NCBI RefSeq assembly: GCF_037042905.1
Contig: NC_087245.1
Coordinates: 22,260,001 to 22,324,000, forward strand
DNA length: 64,000 nt
Source: Lytechinus pictus
Lineage: Eukaryota
Reading direction: 5' to 3'
The notes under the pieces were generated by a model that had not been told where the DNA came from, made no database searches, and saw only the letters and a program-made list of their open reading frames with translations. Shown piece after piece: positions 12,701 through 26,135 of this stretch (its first letter is position 1; each line of letters begins with the position of its first letter). The translations under genes were made by a program, and so were the position numbers.

Positions 12701-15700
12701 TAAAGCAGTAAAAGGAAAAATAATGATACATATATGAATTTTGGCTAAAAACACTACTTGCATTGGATTTGTACACAAATTCACGTTTTTGAGTAATTTT
12801 GGGTCTGCATGCACTTACGAAATGTTGCGTAATTTCGGAACCGCGTACCCAGGGGTCACAATTTTGGTCTCAAAAGTTGCGCGAAACTTGAAAGTAAAAA
12901 GTCAGCGAGCGACGCGGTCAAAAAATTTTGCACGGCGGATTTATCGCGAAAAATGTTGAGGGGGGGGCTGAATCAGCCCCCCCCCCCCCCCAGTCTTTTT
13001 AGGGTTAAAATAAGTACATGTGAGTATACTGCAGATTTCTTCATTAAAATATATAGTTTCCCCAAAATTGTATTGCACAGATGTTTATTTCAGAAAAGTC
13101 AGCCCAATTATATATTTTTGTCATCCCTCAAAATACTTCAATTCTCTTTTACTACGCTGGCATTCCTGTTATGTTGAGCTTACAAGTGCTTTTTATGTTG
13201 AATAAGAATATCATTTGGAAAGGTCCACCATTATGGATTGATTATCAGAGGTTTGCACAAGTTTATTCAAGCGATGACCTAAAACAGCTGAAAGGTTCCG
13301 ACCAAAAATGTGCGTGTGGTCCCATTTATGCATTTCTCTGTGCAGTGCTTCTGACTCTTAGCTGATGTGAGTCATTTTCTTATCATTTGGCGATTTCCAA
13401 AAATTTGAGAAAAGTTTAATATTAGTAATAAGAAAGTTATGAGCATTTGAAGTTTAGATTGTTATTGTAATGTAGATCCTCCCATTGGCAATGCGACAGA
13501 TGTGTGATGTCACATGTGAACAACTTTCCCATTACTTTCGTATATATTTCACTTAAAATGCCTCTTTTATCACATCTATCAGTAGAGCATGTTTTCTTTT
13601 TATAGGAGGGCATCATGTAATAAAGATTTTCAAAGAATACATTATGGATAAAGGGTTTGTGTCACCATAAGAAAGAGCAAAAAGAGACATTTTGTGGGTA
13701 TCTTATAGTCCATCAAAGAAAAAGCTGTTCACATGTGACATCACACATATTTGTCGCATTGCCCATGGGAGGATCTCCGTAGCATTAGTGATCGCAATAT
13801 TCAAATGCTCATAACTCATTATTTGTCCAATTTTTCTCAAACTTTCTTTGATCTATATTCGATTTTTCTCTTTCCACACAAGCCCACTTGTTCCAAAGGT
13901 TTCATTTCCCTTTAACTGGTTTTACTTTTAATCTTCGCAAACTTTTCCACCAAAATTATCATATTACTAATGACCATCTCATTTTGAGAGAGGAAATACT
14001 TGTCAATACTTTGAAATTTGTTTTCACTCATTTGGACCCTATTTTGAATAAGTAAATTATGTGTACAATCCGTGTATTTACATTTTCTTTTATTTTCTCC
14101 TTTGAAGCTTTGTGCGTGTAGAGATCTGGCGATAGCATCTACACTGTATCTTTTGAGGAATATACCACTGATATTCAATTGTTACCTCAACGTACGTCAG
14201 AATTGTTTTTTTTTTCTCTTTTTGCCCCTGTCACAGGAATGTGTTGGTCGAGTGCTGAAGTATCTGGAGGAGGAGATGAAGCCGATAAGACATGCAGAGT
14301 GGGGTGCGAATGATGTAAGTGATTCCATGGGAATATCACCATGTTAATTAATTGATTCTCATCTACATATGTATGAGACAGATGAATGGAAAAGGGAGAT
14401 GAGAAGAAGAAATATTAGACGAGGGGAGGTAAAGAGGAGAAGGGAAGGGAAAGGTGAAAGAAGAGGACGAGGAAAGAAAAGAAGGAGAACAATGAGGAGG
14501 TAAAGAGAAGGGGGATAAGAAGGAGAGAAAGAGAGAAAGAGAAGAAGAAGAAGAGGAGAAGAGAAAGAGGAGTAAAAAACAAGAAGGGAGAGACGAAAGA
14601 GAATGAAGAAATCAAAGAAGGCATTGTTAGAGAGGTAAATAAAGGAAATTATAGGAAGATGACAAGGAGAAAAAGAGGTAAAGTATTGAATGGAGGAGGA
14701 ACAATTGTGATATTTTAACATTTTAATTATTCATGTGATATTGATGGATTTCTTACAATACATTTGTTTTGTCTATTTTCTCTCTAGGTCGAAGTGTTAA
14801 ATAAGCATCTACTCATCACCTCCAAACCGATCATTTATCTTGTCAATCTATCAGAGAGGGACTACATTAGAAAAAAGAACAAATGGTAAGGTTACTAATT
14901 TTTTATAATGCATATATTTACTTTTCATTACAAAATTGCAGATACCATACATATTTCTTAATTTCATTAGTATTCTCTTTGTCACTGTGTGCTAAATTCA
15001 TCCCGGTTTCTATAGTATGAACATTGTCATTATTGAACATCGGAGCCCATGTTTATTTGAATTTATAATCATAAAGATTGGGCTCAGATCATAGCTTAGA
15101 GCATTAAATTAGTGCCCTGTTGCAAAAGCATGCATTTATATTGGTCCCTTTTCAATACGCCTGTATGTGCTAAATAACTCATAATTATAATGCATGAAAG
15201 CTTCATAAACCATGGTTTCAAAGTGTAGATTCATTATTTTATAACAATCTTCATTAATATAACTAAGGTTCTATGAGTTGGGGGCTTGTTACAAGAGCAT
15301 GATCATTATTTTGAAATGGTAGTCCAAATCTGTCCCAGAGTATTTTTTCGATGATTTTATGATTGTATTATTGCCTTTAAGAAAATTATTTGAAAATCCC
15401 TTCACCTTTTTTTTAACTATTACTAAAACAAGTCCAAATAATTGTTCATTATCTGGTCACAAACATTGATTCAATCCTAAAAGTAGTTCAATGGATGGAA
15501 GGTAGCATTGACTTTAAGCTGAGCTTGGGAATTCTGCTATCGCTCCCCAAAATTGACTTTGGGCGTGATATTAATCTTAGGGGTATTTTTCATGAAGCTA
15601 TTTGTAAGTTACGCATAACCTACTAGTGACCTTTTCTGGTGCTAAATTTTCACTGTTCCTCTAGCCATTATAAAAAAAATGTTGAAGTTTCCATTCAGAT

Positions 15701-18700
15701 GAGAATCCGAATCAACAAGATCAGATTTCTACTTCAGCTGTCATATATTAACTTGTGTGGAACTCTGGAGAAAAGCTTTCCAATTTTCTCAACAGTGTAC
15801 GAATGATTTTTTTTTCTTTACAGGCTTGTGAAGATCAAGGAGTGGATAGATGCGAACGATCCTGGTGCTACCATAATACCAATCAGTGCATCCCTGGAAT
15901 CAAAGCTCTTTGATATGGGAGATGAAGACAAAGAGAAGTATCTACAGGATGTCAAGACCACGAGGTAAATGAATACCATGTATTGAGTTCAATTTTGAGT
16001 TGTATGGTGTATCCCTGGAATCAAAGCTCTTTGATATGGGAGATGAAGACAAAGAGAAGTATCTACAGGATGTCAAGACCACGAGGTAAATGAATACCAT
16101 GTATTGAGTTCAATTTTGAGTTGTATAGTGCATCCCTGGAATCAAAGCTCTTTGATATGGGAGATGAAGACAAAAAGAAGTATTTAGAGGAGGTCAAAAC
16201 CACACCATAAATGACTACCTTGTATTGAGTTCAATTTTGTGTACTTTAGTGTATCTGTGGTATCAAACATATGACTGTACATAAAACAGTTGAAAGCTTT
16301 TCTCTAACGACCAGAAATGCTATTGAGAAGTTAAATTATTCTCTGAATGGTTTTGAAAATAAAATGTCAGATTTCTTTAACATATGCAGGTTTAACTTTA
16401 TCATTTTATTATTATTATTATCATTATTTTTTCTAATAAGTGTCCTGGAGAAAGTAATCAAGACTGGATTCCATGGTCTCCAGCTGGAATACTTCTTCAC
16501 AGCGGGCAAAGACGAGGTCAAGGCATGGACCATACAGGTTAGTTTGCAGAAAGCTTGTTGGCATTGGTAGTTAGATCACTTAACCCATTGAGTACTGAAT
16601 TGTGCAATTCCCATAGACTTTGTGCAGATATAACCTGGTTCCAGATGGCTGGGGGTTAACCTGTTGCCTGTTTAAGCTGGGTAACCCCTGAACAGAGCCT
16701 AGCACGACAAACTTCAGCTGTCGAAAGGTTTAGCGGATTACAACCACATGGTTAAATACCAGTTGGTCCAGAGTTCTAAGATACTTTGCATGCAGTACCA
16801 CAATTGCTCACCCATCTTGTCACTTTTGTATTGGGCGAGATTGCTATTTGGTCAAATCATCACTTGATCTACCACCCTTGTGGCCTATTGAGAGAAATAG
16901 TTGCATCTATTGCTAGTTTGCCTTATTCTAAAATAATTTTTATAAGTGACTAAACCAGGCACAAAATTATTCATTTATTTTGAGGGGATGTTTTTCACAA
17001 ATTACTGCCTAACTCTGCAACATTGGATGAGCTTTAACATTGTGATGAATGGAGATTTCCAAGGCTCCCTCTTTTTTATTTCCCAACATCAACATCTTTG
17101 GTTTGACAAGCCATTTCATCTGCCATGATCAGCTGACAAATTGTAGTTGGTTTTCATTGAATGAGCTTGCACTGGTCTCTTACTGTTACTATGGCAACTG
17201 TGAGACGATGACAACTTGTCAGTGCTAACAAATGCAACAGTGCCCTGATTGTCTGAAAATCAAGTTTTGTTACATTGCAACTCTTTGGCTACACCAATAG
17301 CCTGAATGGAAAATAAAGAATCTTGCAAATCAGATAAGACTAACGCGTTACATGTCAATGTGGGATTAGATGAAGAAGCCATTCCCCACTTGAAATGACT
17401 CTAGGCGGTTTCAAACCGCCTAGATCACAAGAATCCCCGTTAAATTACAAGAACATTTTTAGGCTAAAAAATCCCCATTAATTATTCCTGCATTCACACT
17501 GCCCCGAAACATACCCTTCGGGATAAACTCCTGAAGTTAGGAGCATGCGCAGTATGGTCTAATAAGCAGGCAAGGCGCAAAACCACTAGCCCAGCAGCCA
17601 CCCACGGCGCCCGCACCCAACAACACGCTGGGCTAAAAGTTCCCGTAAATTGCTTTCACATTGCCAAAATACCTGCGACCTTGGAAAAATCCCCGCGAAA
17701 GTTCTCGTAATTTTGCCAAGTACCTACTATTTAGCGGGTATTTTCTTTCGGGGAAATTATGCGTAGTTTGCTTTCACATTACCAAAATACCTGGTATTTT
17801 CTGATCAGGGTAAATTTCCCGATCAGAGAATACCTGGAACTGACGAACATCGGGGCGGTCTGAAACCACCTTCTGATAGCTTTTTTATGCCTTATCTCAA
17901 ATTGGAAGTGAAAGTGCAAATTTTGTTTATAAGGATTTCCTGGCCATAGAGCTGCTACCATGTAAGCCTTAACCAGTTTCACTATTGAAACAATGAAATA
18001 CTTTTTTTCCTTTACTTTCTTTTGTTGAAATTCTTTGTTTGCTGTCATGAGGTTTAAAACTTGAAACTTGCAAGAAAAAAAATTATCCTGAGCTAATGTG
18101 ACCTTAAGCTTTTTTTTTTCACTTGCAGAATATTAAATGTTGTATGATGTATGAAACCTTGTGATCAGCAAGACATATAAATGCTTAAGTCTATTATGAT
18201 TGATATGTTATTGAAACATGGATTATAGTCAATGTTATTGCCAATTTAAGGAGAACCATGATTAAAATGCTAAAACGAATCTAATCTTTAAAATAGTCCA
18301 TTTTCATTTGGGGGGAATCCTTTGAATGCATGTCACAATCACAATTCATTATTACATATAATTGTGTATGCCCCAATACAGTTCTGATGTGAAGGATATC
18401 AAATAGTGATGTGTTTTATTGGATAAAATTGTGATGTAACAAGTATGTGAAACTTTATTTTTATCAGGTTTAGGTTGGCTCACAAGGGTCTGTCCAGTTT
18501 TGTTTAATACTGTCATTGCCAAGTTCATGAAATTCCTTTTTGAATGATTTATGGGCAAAACAACTTCTGACATGAAGGTCATTATTTAGATTTGTCCATT
18601 CATGCAATTATGTATGATAGGATTGCTCAGAATGGGATACCAGAAATATTTCACTTGTTATTTCTGTAACTCTTGAAACTGTATATTCTGGTATCCAATG

Positions 18701-20533
18701 AAGGAAAGGCATCCAATATATACCCAGTTGTTGTGTGTCCGGACAATCGATTTTAAAGAGCCATTTGTAAAAGTTAAGAAAAGAAATGCAAGGTTTCATC
18801 AATTTTTACTGCAAAGTCTTAGGCAATATTATAGAGAACAAAACTGAAAAAAATCTTTTGAATTTATATTTTTTTTGCAATCCGAAAAACAGAAGGGTTG
18901 AAAATTTAAAGTGTCTGGACACCCAACCCCTCATCCTACTTATCATCTTTCATGATAATCATTCAGTAGACCATGCAATGACTCGTTATTGCATGGTCTG
19001 ATATTGCAAAGTCAATTTGTGGAGACAAAAAAACCCTTCATAGAAAATAACGTCAAAGATTGACTATATTCTGTTTATCTTGAATTTGTTCATCGATTTA
19101 TCTTTGATGACAGAAAGGAACAAAGGCACCGCAGGCAGCTGGGAAGATCCATACAGACTTCGAGAAAGGTTTCATCATGGCAGAGGTGATGAAGTTTGAA
19201 GACTTCAAGGAACTAGGAAATGAAAATAATGTCAAGGTAAGAGTTCAGACAGATTAATTGACAATAAAAGGTTGAATTTAAGTCCTTACATTGATGTAGA
19301 TCTAAAATTGGTGATTGGGTAGTTGGATGAAAATTATCATCAAGGATGAGCATCGATAGATACAGGGGCAAATTGATGTAATTGTGGTAGATGATGAATG
19401 CATAGATTTAAAGTTAAATGGATTGTACGATAGAAGGTAAAATTGGTGGTTATGATTGTGATGAATGAAAGATTAATGAATGGATAGGTGGATGAAAATG
19501 AAGAATGAGTATGGATGGACAAAAGGGTAAATTAATGTTTGGCATTATGATAGATGATGGATAAAAGGAATGGGTGGATGGATGGATGGAAAAAAAAGTT
19601 AATGAGAAGGATGGATGGAAAAAAAAGTTAATGAGAAGGATGATGAAGGATGAACATACATAGATAGAAGGGCAAATTAATGTTTGTCATTGTGATAAAT
19701 GGTGGATGAAAGAATAAATAGATGAAAAAAAAAATGATGAGGATAATGAAGGGTAAACATGAAGAGATAGAAGGGCAAATTGATGACTGTCATTGTTATA
19801 GATGGTTGAATAATGAAGGAATTAGAAAGTGACTACATGTAGATGATGGTCATGGATGGATAGATAAAGGGCAAATTGTTGTTTACTTATGGATGGTGAA
19901 TGAATGATTGGATTGATAGAAAGATAGAAGAATAGATAGGTTGATGAAAAAGAAAATGGAGTTTATTTAACATGGATAGATAGAAGGTAAAATATACCTG
20001 TGTTTGACATTGGGATAGATGGCCGATGATAGATAGATAGATAGAAAGATGGATGGATGGATGGATGGATGATCGATCGATTGATGGAAGGAAGGAAGGA
20101 TGGATGGATGGATCGAACGATCGATAGATAGATAGGTACTCTGAAGTTTGGCAGCAATGATGGAGGATAGATGAGAGGTGGATGAGAAAGTAAATGGAGT
20201 ATCTAGATAGACAGATGGTCAGATTTCTCTGCAATATTGAGTGGAGGATAGTGTGATGAATCTATAGATTACAGGAGAAACTAGTATAAATGGGTTAGAT
20301 GAAAGAAATGATAGATGGATGAAAGGACTGAAGGTCAGAAGAATTATTCTATTCATTTTGATATCCAACCATCCTCTCTTTCTTTTTTCTTCCTTTTCTT
20401 TAAACCAACCTCTGTCACATATCAGTCTGCGGGGAAGTACAGGCAACAGGGAAAAACCTATGTCGTAGAGGATGGTGATATCATATTCTTCAAATTCAAC
20501 GCAGGCGCAGGATTAACGACTAAAAAGAAGTAG
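6672..20533 (+). CDS. OLA1: Obg-like ATPase 1 (OLA1/YchF family); 12 coding exons: 6672-6769, 7062-7132, 7654-7669, 8507-8563, 9523-9650, 9901-10076, 14237-14314, 14788-14885, 15824-15964, 16441-16537, 19114-19236, 20426-20533; 396 aa
   Basis: Exons join with GT-AG introns and consistent phases to 1191 nt. Motifs: G1 GLPNVGKS, ENFPFCT, G3 [17 protein letters not shown]-type G4 NLSE, TGS-domain [17 protein letters not shown] and [14 protein letters not shown]. Confidence 0.96.
7062..7132 (+). CDS. OLA1: OLA1 coding exon 2 ([23 protein letters not shown])
   Basis: ttttacag acceptor, gtaagt donor, completes the P-loop. Confidence 0.95.
7654..7669 (+). CDS. OLA1: OLA1 16-nt microexon (E-P-N-E-N-K)
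   Basis: Supplies the conserved (D/E)PNExx segment between FCTI and VPVPD and restores frame; cag acceptor after a long pyrimidine tract; donor gtatac. Confidence 0.85.
8507..8563 (+). CDS. OLA1: OLA1 coding exon 4 ([18 protein letters not shown])
   Basis: acgtag acceptor, gtgaga donor, family-typical sequence. Confidence 0.92.
9523..9650 (+). CDS. OLA1: OLA1 coding exon 5 ([15 protein letters not shown]...DAIFHLC)
   Basis: G3 DIAG motif; ttcag/gtgagt boundaries. Confidence 0.96.
9901..10076 (+). CDS. OLA1: OLA1 coding exon 6 ([19 protein letters not shown]...ASAEL)
   Basis: cttag/gtaagt boundaries, conserved HV.G..NPVRD. Confidence 0.96.
11164..11217. mobile_element. 54-bp hairpin insertion CATAGAG...CTCTATG with 8-bp TSD
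   Basis: 18-bp perfect TIR; flanks ggcaagca/ggcgagca (7 of 8 match). Confidence 0.75.
11229..11262. mobile_element. 34-bp perfect palindrome insertion CACTGAACTGAAAATAC|GTATTTTCAGTTCAGTG with 8-bp TSD
   Basis: Perfect TSD gagcaagc at 11221-11228 and 11263-11270. Confidence 0.85.
12244..13004. mobile_element. piggyBac-like MITE (CCC...GGG termini, TTAA TSD)
   Basis: ttaa|ccctaaatagactggg ... cccagtctttttaggg|ttaa; it shares its left TTAA with the end of the Kolobok-like element. Confidence 0.85.
14237..14314 (+). CDS. OLA1: OLA1 coding exon 7 ([26 protein letters not shown])
   Basis: cacag/gtaagt boundaries, phase 0. Confidence 0.93.
14380..14700. repeat. Purine-rich (GA) low-complexity tract
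   Basis: Almost exclusively A/G on +. Confidence 0.85.
14788..14885 (+). CDS. OLA1: OLA1 coding exon 8 ([33 protein letters not shown])
   Basis: G4 NLSE; tctag/gtaagg boundaries. Confidence 0.96.
15824..15964 (+). CDS. OLA1: OLA1 coding exon 9 ([28 protein letters not shown]...KTT)
   Basis: ttacag/gtaaat boundaries. Confidence 0.94.
15886..16268 (+). repeat. 121-bp tandem repeat (3 copies plus a remnant) made of the OLA1 exon 9 3' half and its donor
   Basis: Units start at 15886, 16007, 16128 and 16249. Confidence 0.95.
16441..16537 (+). CDS. OLA1: OLA1 coding exon 10 ([32 protein letters not shown])
   Basis: ataag/gttagt boundaries, conserved YFFTAG.DEV.AWTI. Confidence 0.95.
17403..17871. 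mobile_element. MITE with AGGCGGTTTCAAACCGCC-type TIRs (Harbinger-like); a degenerate relative lies near 62340-62530
   Basis: aggcggtttcaaaccgcc ... ggcggtctgaaaccacct; shared aaatacctggtattttctgat. Confidence 0.7.
19114..19236 (+). CDS. OLA1: OLA1 coding exon 11 ([28 protein letters not shown]...VK)
   Basis: gacag/gtaaga boundaries, TGS domain. Confidence 0.96.
19300..20325. repeat. Degenerate GGAT/GATA microsatellite region
   Basis: Runs of ggat, gata and gaag. Confidence 0.8.
20426..20533 (+). CDS. OLA1: OLA1 last coding exon ([35 protein letters not shown])
   Basis: atcag acceptor, TAG stop, conserved C-terminus. Confidence 0.96.
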   Translation, partial: SAGKYRQQGKTYVVEDGDIIFFKFNAGAGLTTKKK

Positions 20534-20753
20534 TACTTGTAGAATTAATATAACTAAATATTATGTCAATGCCAATTTTCTCAATGCTATTTTACTTCTG
20601 CAATTTAGCAGGCTGTGGTATGGTTTGAAGTTGTAGATAGGAATAATGTACATTGTATACATCCAAATATACTCCAGTAGTATAAATGGGTTTTTTATCA
20701 TCCCCTCTTTCTCTCCGACTTGCTCTTTCTCACACACAAACATACACACAGAT

Positions 20754-21162
20754 GCTCTCTCTCTCTCCCACTCATTCTTTCTTTTTCTCTCCTTTGCTGT
20801 TGTTCATCAATGCCTTCCCATTTATTTTGTATTTCCTGTTCCCCACCCCCCCCCTCTCTCTCTCTCTCATCCTCTTCTCTTCTCTTTCAGTTTTGATTGG
20901 CATCTTTTCATTTAAATGTCTTTCTCTCTTCCTGCCTTGTTTCTGTATCCCGCTCTCTCTCTCTCTCTCCCACTCATTCTTTCTGTTTCTCTCCTTGCTG
21001 CTTTCTTTTCTGTTGTTCATAAATGCCTTCCCATTTATTTTGTATTTCCTGTTCCCCATCCCCCCCCCCCCCCTCTCTCTCTCATCCTCTTTCTCTTGTC
21101 TTTCAGTTTTGATTGGCATCTTTTCATTTAAATGATCTTCTCTCTTCCTGCCTTGTTTCTGT
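20754..21162 (+). repeat. ~200-bp tandem duplication of CT-rich sequence downstream of the OLA1 stop
   Basis: Two copies of ...tgccttcccatttattttgtatttcctgttcccca...ttggcatcttttcatttaaatg... Confidence 0.85.
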
Positions 21163-24100
21163 GCTTCTGACTACACCATTCTGGCTCTCTGTCTATCTTC
21201 TTTTGATTTATTTTCTTTCAACAAAATCATTATGAAAGGTGAATGTGGCAAATGTGAAATGTAATTAAAACTCTGGGTTAGTACTCTCATAACATCATCA
21301 GGTTTCAAAACTTTCGAGCCTGCATCGCATTTTGATAAATCTAATGATTACTTATTTTCAAAGTTAAAAGTGCTATTCTAGTTGTGGGAGAGAATGAAAA
21401 AAGGTACTTGGAACCTTTCAAATGTATTTGGGTAAGGTATGATATAATAAAAAAAGTAGTCTACTCAAAATGCTTGTTCTTCAAATGCCCTCATATTTAA
21501 AATATGGGGGAGCGGCTAAAAGGGTTCAGCTGGCAAATTTGTACATAGTCCTACACATTCATTTCTGTATGAAGTTCATAGGGCTCTTCATAAACTTTTG
21601 ATCGTTTGTAAGACTAACAGCGTTATGTCTGGCGTTTTTCATATGAAGATCAATGCTAATTTGAGATATATTTATCATTTGGAGAATTCAACCCTTAAAG
21701 TTGCAAATATATCTGTGTACATGTATATCTATATCAAATATTTAATAATAAACTGTCAGGTGAAAGATTTTGAAATGTTTGATTATTCCAATTTTGTGAA
21801 AATCTTCAAATTTTAATTTTGATGACGTGCATTTGGTTTCACCAGATTTTTACCCTATCTTGTTCATGTAAGTTATCAGTAACAAATATGTTCTCAGCCA
21901 ATGGAAGTTCAAATGTGTTAGTTTCAAGAGCTTGTACTAGGAGTTTTGTAAAATAGGGCCCTGCTCTTAGGGATAATTATATATTTCTGTAAAACATTCA
22001 GACTTGTCATCCAAAGGTACATGTATTAATTCTATATAAAGCACAATTATCTCTAATTGAACCTTATTTTGTCTGAAGTCTGTCGTGATAAATTTAAGAC
22101 TCACACATATTATGCCTGTTTATTAATTCATTTCGAAACTCAATCATGTCAAGTCCTTTGGCTGGGCAAGAAAAGCTGATATTTCAATACATCACTCAGT
22201 TATTTGAAGAAGGGAAAACAAAAGTCTTACTCTATATGTATTAATGTATAATTTAATTAGACAATGAAAATGTTCCTATTACTTCCTTGTTTTCTAATTA
22301 CATTACTTTTGATATCATATAACAAATATTTACCACTATATATTATAATTTTCATATTGATTTTATCAAACAAAAAATGGAAATCTACCAAATAAACCAT
22401 GCAAAGCTTGTGAACATGATTTAGTAGAGCAATCAAGAAACTTGATTAAGAATACATTGTCACTTTTTTTTCCAAATTGAAACAAATTTTAAGACAGCTT
22501 TGAAAAAAAATCTTATTTTTAGAGTTATGACATAAACAACCTTCTTTTGCCTGAGAAGTGTTTGCTATAGGAATTACGAGACTGTTAAATTTCAGACAAT
22601 ATGAGGTAGCCATCATTGCCAGATTTCTAAATACAGCTGTTAAATCATAATCCAAAGTGAATAAAGAGTCTACATCGCAAACTTAAAAATTCACAAATTT
22701 CCAGGGAAGCTCAATTTTTTTTTTTTTAAGTTTGAGATGTAAGGTTTTAACTCCCCATGACAACATGTACATGTATGTTTAATTTGGTGGATATGAAAGT
22801 AGACTCCCTATTCTTTCTAGATTACAAGCATTGCTTACAGTTCATATTCAAAGGCGCTGCTTCAGATGCCAAGTTTGCCATCTACATCCTGTTAAATACA
22901 CTCAACTATGGTTGTATAAGAAATTTAAACAAATATTGTTTTAAGAAAAAATTTCAAGGACTTAACAACTGGAAAGGGGAATGTGAAACCTGATTTTATG
23001 ACTTCCTTCAAAATGTGAGGTTTCAAAAGTACAATTCAAAAGTTGTTCATTTTTTTATTTGATTTGTGTGAATAGAAGTGAAACCATGCATTGCTTAGCT
23101 CCGGTTACTTGCATACAGGAAATAATATACACTATTTGCGCATTACCAATGAATATATAATTTAGGAATGATTATAGTGTAATACCCTGGTAATTTCTAT
23201 AATTGATAAAGGATAATATAGTTGGCATATCTTATTACATGTACATGTACTAAGCATCTATTGTAAAAATGCATTGAAATATCTATTTGAACTCAGTCAT
23301 TTACTGTTTCTGACCTTGGTATTTGAAATCATTATTCTCATTTCCAGTTTACAGTATGAAATGACCAAATTATCATGATTATTGTAATCATGAAAAAAGT
23401 GTTCCTCTCAGTCAAATATGGTATAAGTGAAATAATTTGCGATAAAATATTGTCATATTCTGTCATTTTATGCATTTGATATCAATGTTTGATCCTGCCA
23501 ACTTTAATAATGGGGAAAACTGAGAATTTTCGTCATGAATATAATATTCGACATATTTAGATAATCATTAGGCTAAACATAAAAATCAATGAAATCTGAC
23601 AAATAAAGCTTCCTATGTCTGGACATTTTGCCTTATTTTGTCTTTAATCATTTTCAGGTTTTGAATTTTATAAATAATAATTTGACCATGTTAAATGCAA
23701 AATCCACATTCTGACAGTAAACTGTATTTTGAATCCTTCTGATTTATGAAAATGAAAGATGCTGAACTTGATTACATGTAGGTATAGATTAATAATGTAA
23801 TATTGTCATATGTTTGAGAAGTGAAATTTATAATTGACATTTTAGTCAGCATTTACAATTCTTTGTAAAGACTGTTTCTCCATGGGGGAATTAACAGTTG
23901 AAAGAAGGTTTTATGAAAATATATCTATTTGATTTAACTCCTTTTCATTTATGAATACAATTGTCTTACACTTCAGTCAAGTTCTTTTGAATCTTGGTAC
24001 TTGCTCACGTTTCAACATTTATTTCTGGTCTATTGTACTTTTTCAAATTGTTTCATAAAATCATGTTAAAAGGATGTCCACTTTTATATCGCTTCGATGT

Positions 24101-24926
24101 TCAAAAAAGACAAAAAAGAGGGAATTACATTTTGATGAAGGTTGAGATGGAAATACATCAAAGAATAGCAAAGTTATGAAGTCTCAAAGTTTTATATTTG
24201 TGATTTCACATACAAACAGCTCCCAGATATTTCTTGTAAGTCATCACAAGCTGCTAAAAATAGGATTTCATGTAAAATATATTACGTGACATACATGGGA
24301 GCTGCTGGCATGTGATATCACATAATTACAAATTTGAATCTCTTGATTCTGTTATTTTTTGATGATATGTGTTTCCTCCATTTGTCCCCTTTTATTAAAA
24401 CCAAATTGAGGAAAGGTGTGACTTTTACTTTAATATATACATGTACAATGTGAAACTACTTTTCTTTGCATTGAATCTGTATTAAAATAGTAAAAACCTA
24501 TATCAAGTGTAATGACGTCATTGTTCTCTAGGTGTGACTTGCTGTGGAAATACATGTATCCCACATGAACATCGACATGTGACAATTGAAAACTTTTTCA
24601 AGAAAATGATAGTGAAACAGTTTCTTCACGTTTTACAAAGAGAAGAGATAGTAACAATAGCATATTTTTATTTGAGTGAGCAAAATTTATGAAGTAGAAT
24701 TTTTTTGTTTATTTCCTATTATTTTGGCATGAGGATAGAACAGAACAAAATAAAATAGAAAGGATTCTTTTGAATCAAAATTGACTTCATTTATCTAATT
24801 TTTTCATTTAAACATAGTAGCCCCATTAAAATTATTATTTCTAGGGATCCTGTATACAAATTGCATATCACAATGAACATCTTGAAATAAATAGAAAAAA
24901 AAATATTGCAGAGATGAATAAATTAA

Positions 24927-25031
24927 AGGTCAAGTCCACCCCAGAAAAATGTTGATTTGAATAAATAGAGAAAAATCAAACTAGCATAACGCTGAAAATT
25001 TCATCAAAATCGGATGTAAAATAAGAAAGTT
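24927..25031 (+). mobile_element. Truncated left end of the Kolobok-like MITE family seen at 44801
   Basis: Near-identical to 44801-44905. Confidence 0.85.
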
Positions 25032-26135
25032 TGTTACAAGAAAACGCTTACAAATGTACATCATAATGGTCCACACCTGCATCCAAATGTAACAAAAGAT
25101 ACAAAACAAGAACATTCCTTTGATAATTATAAAGTTACTGCATTGATACTAGAAATATTAACACCATGATCATAATTATAAAAAAAATCAATTTCTGAAT
25201 GGCATGTTAATTGGACTGGAGTTTGCTGTGCTGAAATCCACTTTTTAAACAAAAATAGAATCAGAAAAAAGACTTATATTTTGAAGTTTTCAGAAAAAAA
25301 AGATTTTTTACATTTCAAAAGGCAAGCTGTATTTGACGTATCATTATCCACAGGAATATACTATTGTTTCTCGAATTTACATCAGTATAGCTTAAAAGAA
25401 CCATATTGCCCTCGTCTAAAGACTCGGACCAATATGATTTTTTGTGGGAAATATATTTGATGTTCTCCTCAAGGCCAGTCAATATTATATAATTAATTCA
25501 ATCATGAACCTACCAGGTCATTCCTCTCCGGGATTTTCAAATGTATTCTCGTAAAATGAGGAACATGATGATCCATAATTTGAAGGAAAAAAAATTAATG
25601 CATCAGGAATTTTGTTTAAAGCAGTTTGTTTATTTTTTGTTTTTTAATTCTTATAAAACCTACCCAAAATGAAGTTTCTATATTCACCTGGGTTTGGGAT
25701 ATAATTCACATATTTATATAGAAGTAGTTGGTTTGAAGTAGTTATTAAAGAACAAACACAAATTTGATTTAGATAGAAAAGTTGAAGTGCCAACAGGGGT
25801 GGACTGGCGTGCCTACCAAGCATTGGATGGGTGATCGTCACCCCTTAATTGCTCATCCAAGATCATAAAAGTAATTTACTTGTCCGACATGTATATCAGT
25901 ATTATTTATCTTATCGAGGGTTCTTTTTAATACTTGTTTGAATCAGACACAATGGTAAGGTAACAAAACAAGTTCGATTTTTCTTTTCTTTTCAAGCGAT
26001 CTAGATCTATATAATTGTGCTATGTTTAAATTTGTATCACAAGTGCACCTTTCAATCACATGCACTATACTGCACGACCTGTAGGCCTATACCTCCCGTT
26101 TTGATATAAAACAAACAAAGGTATTCTTGTGCAGA

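Noticed and set aside
14359..14721. Leu/Phe/Ser-rich ORFs here and at 760-1032, 20686-21135, 36721-37224 and 41336-41575
   Set aside because: Translations of low-complexity or microsatellite DNA.
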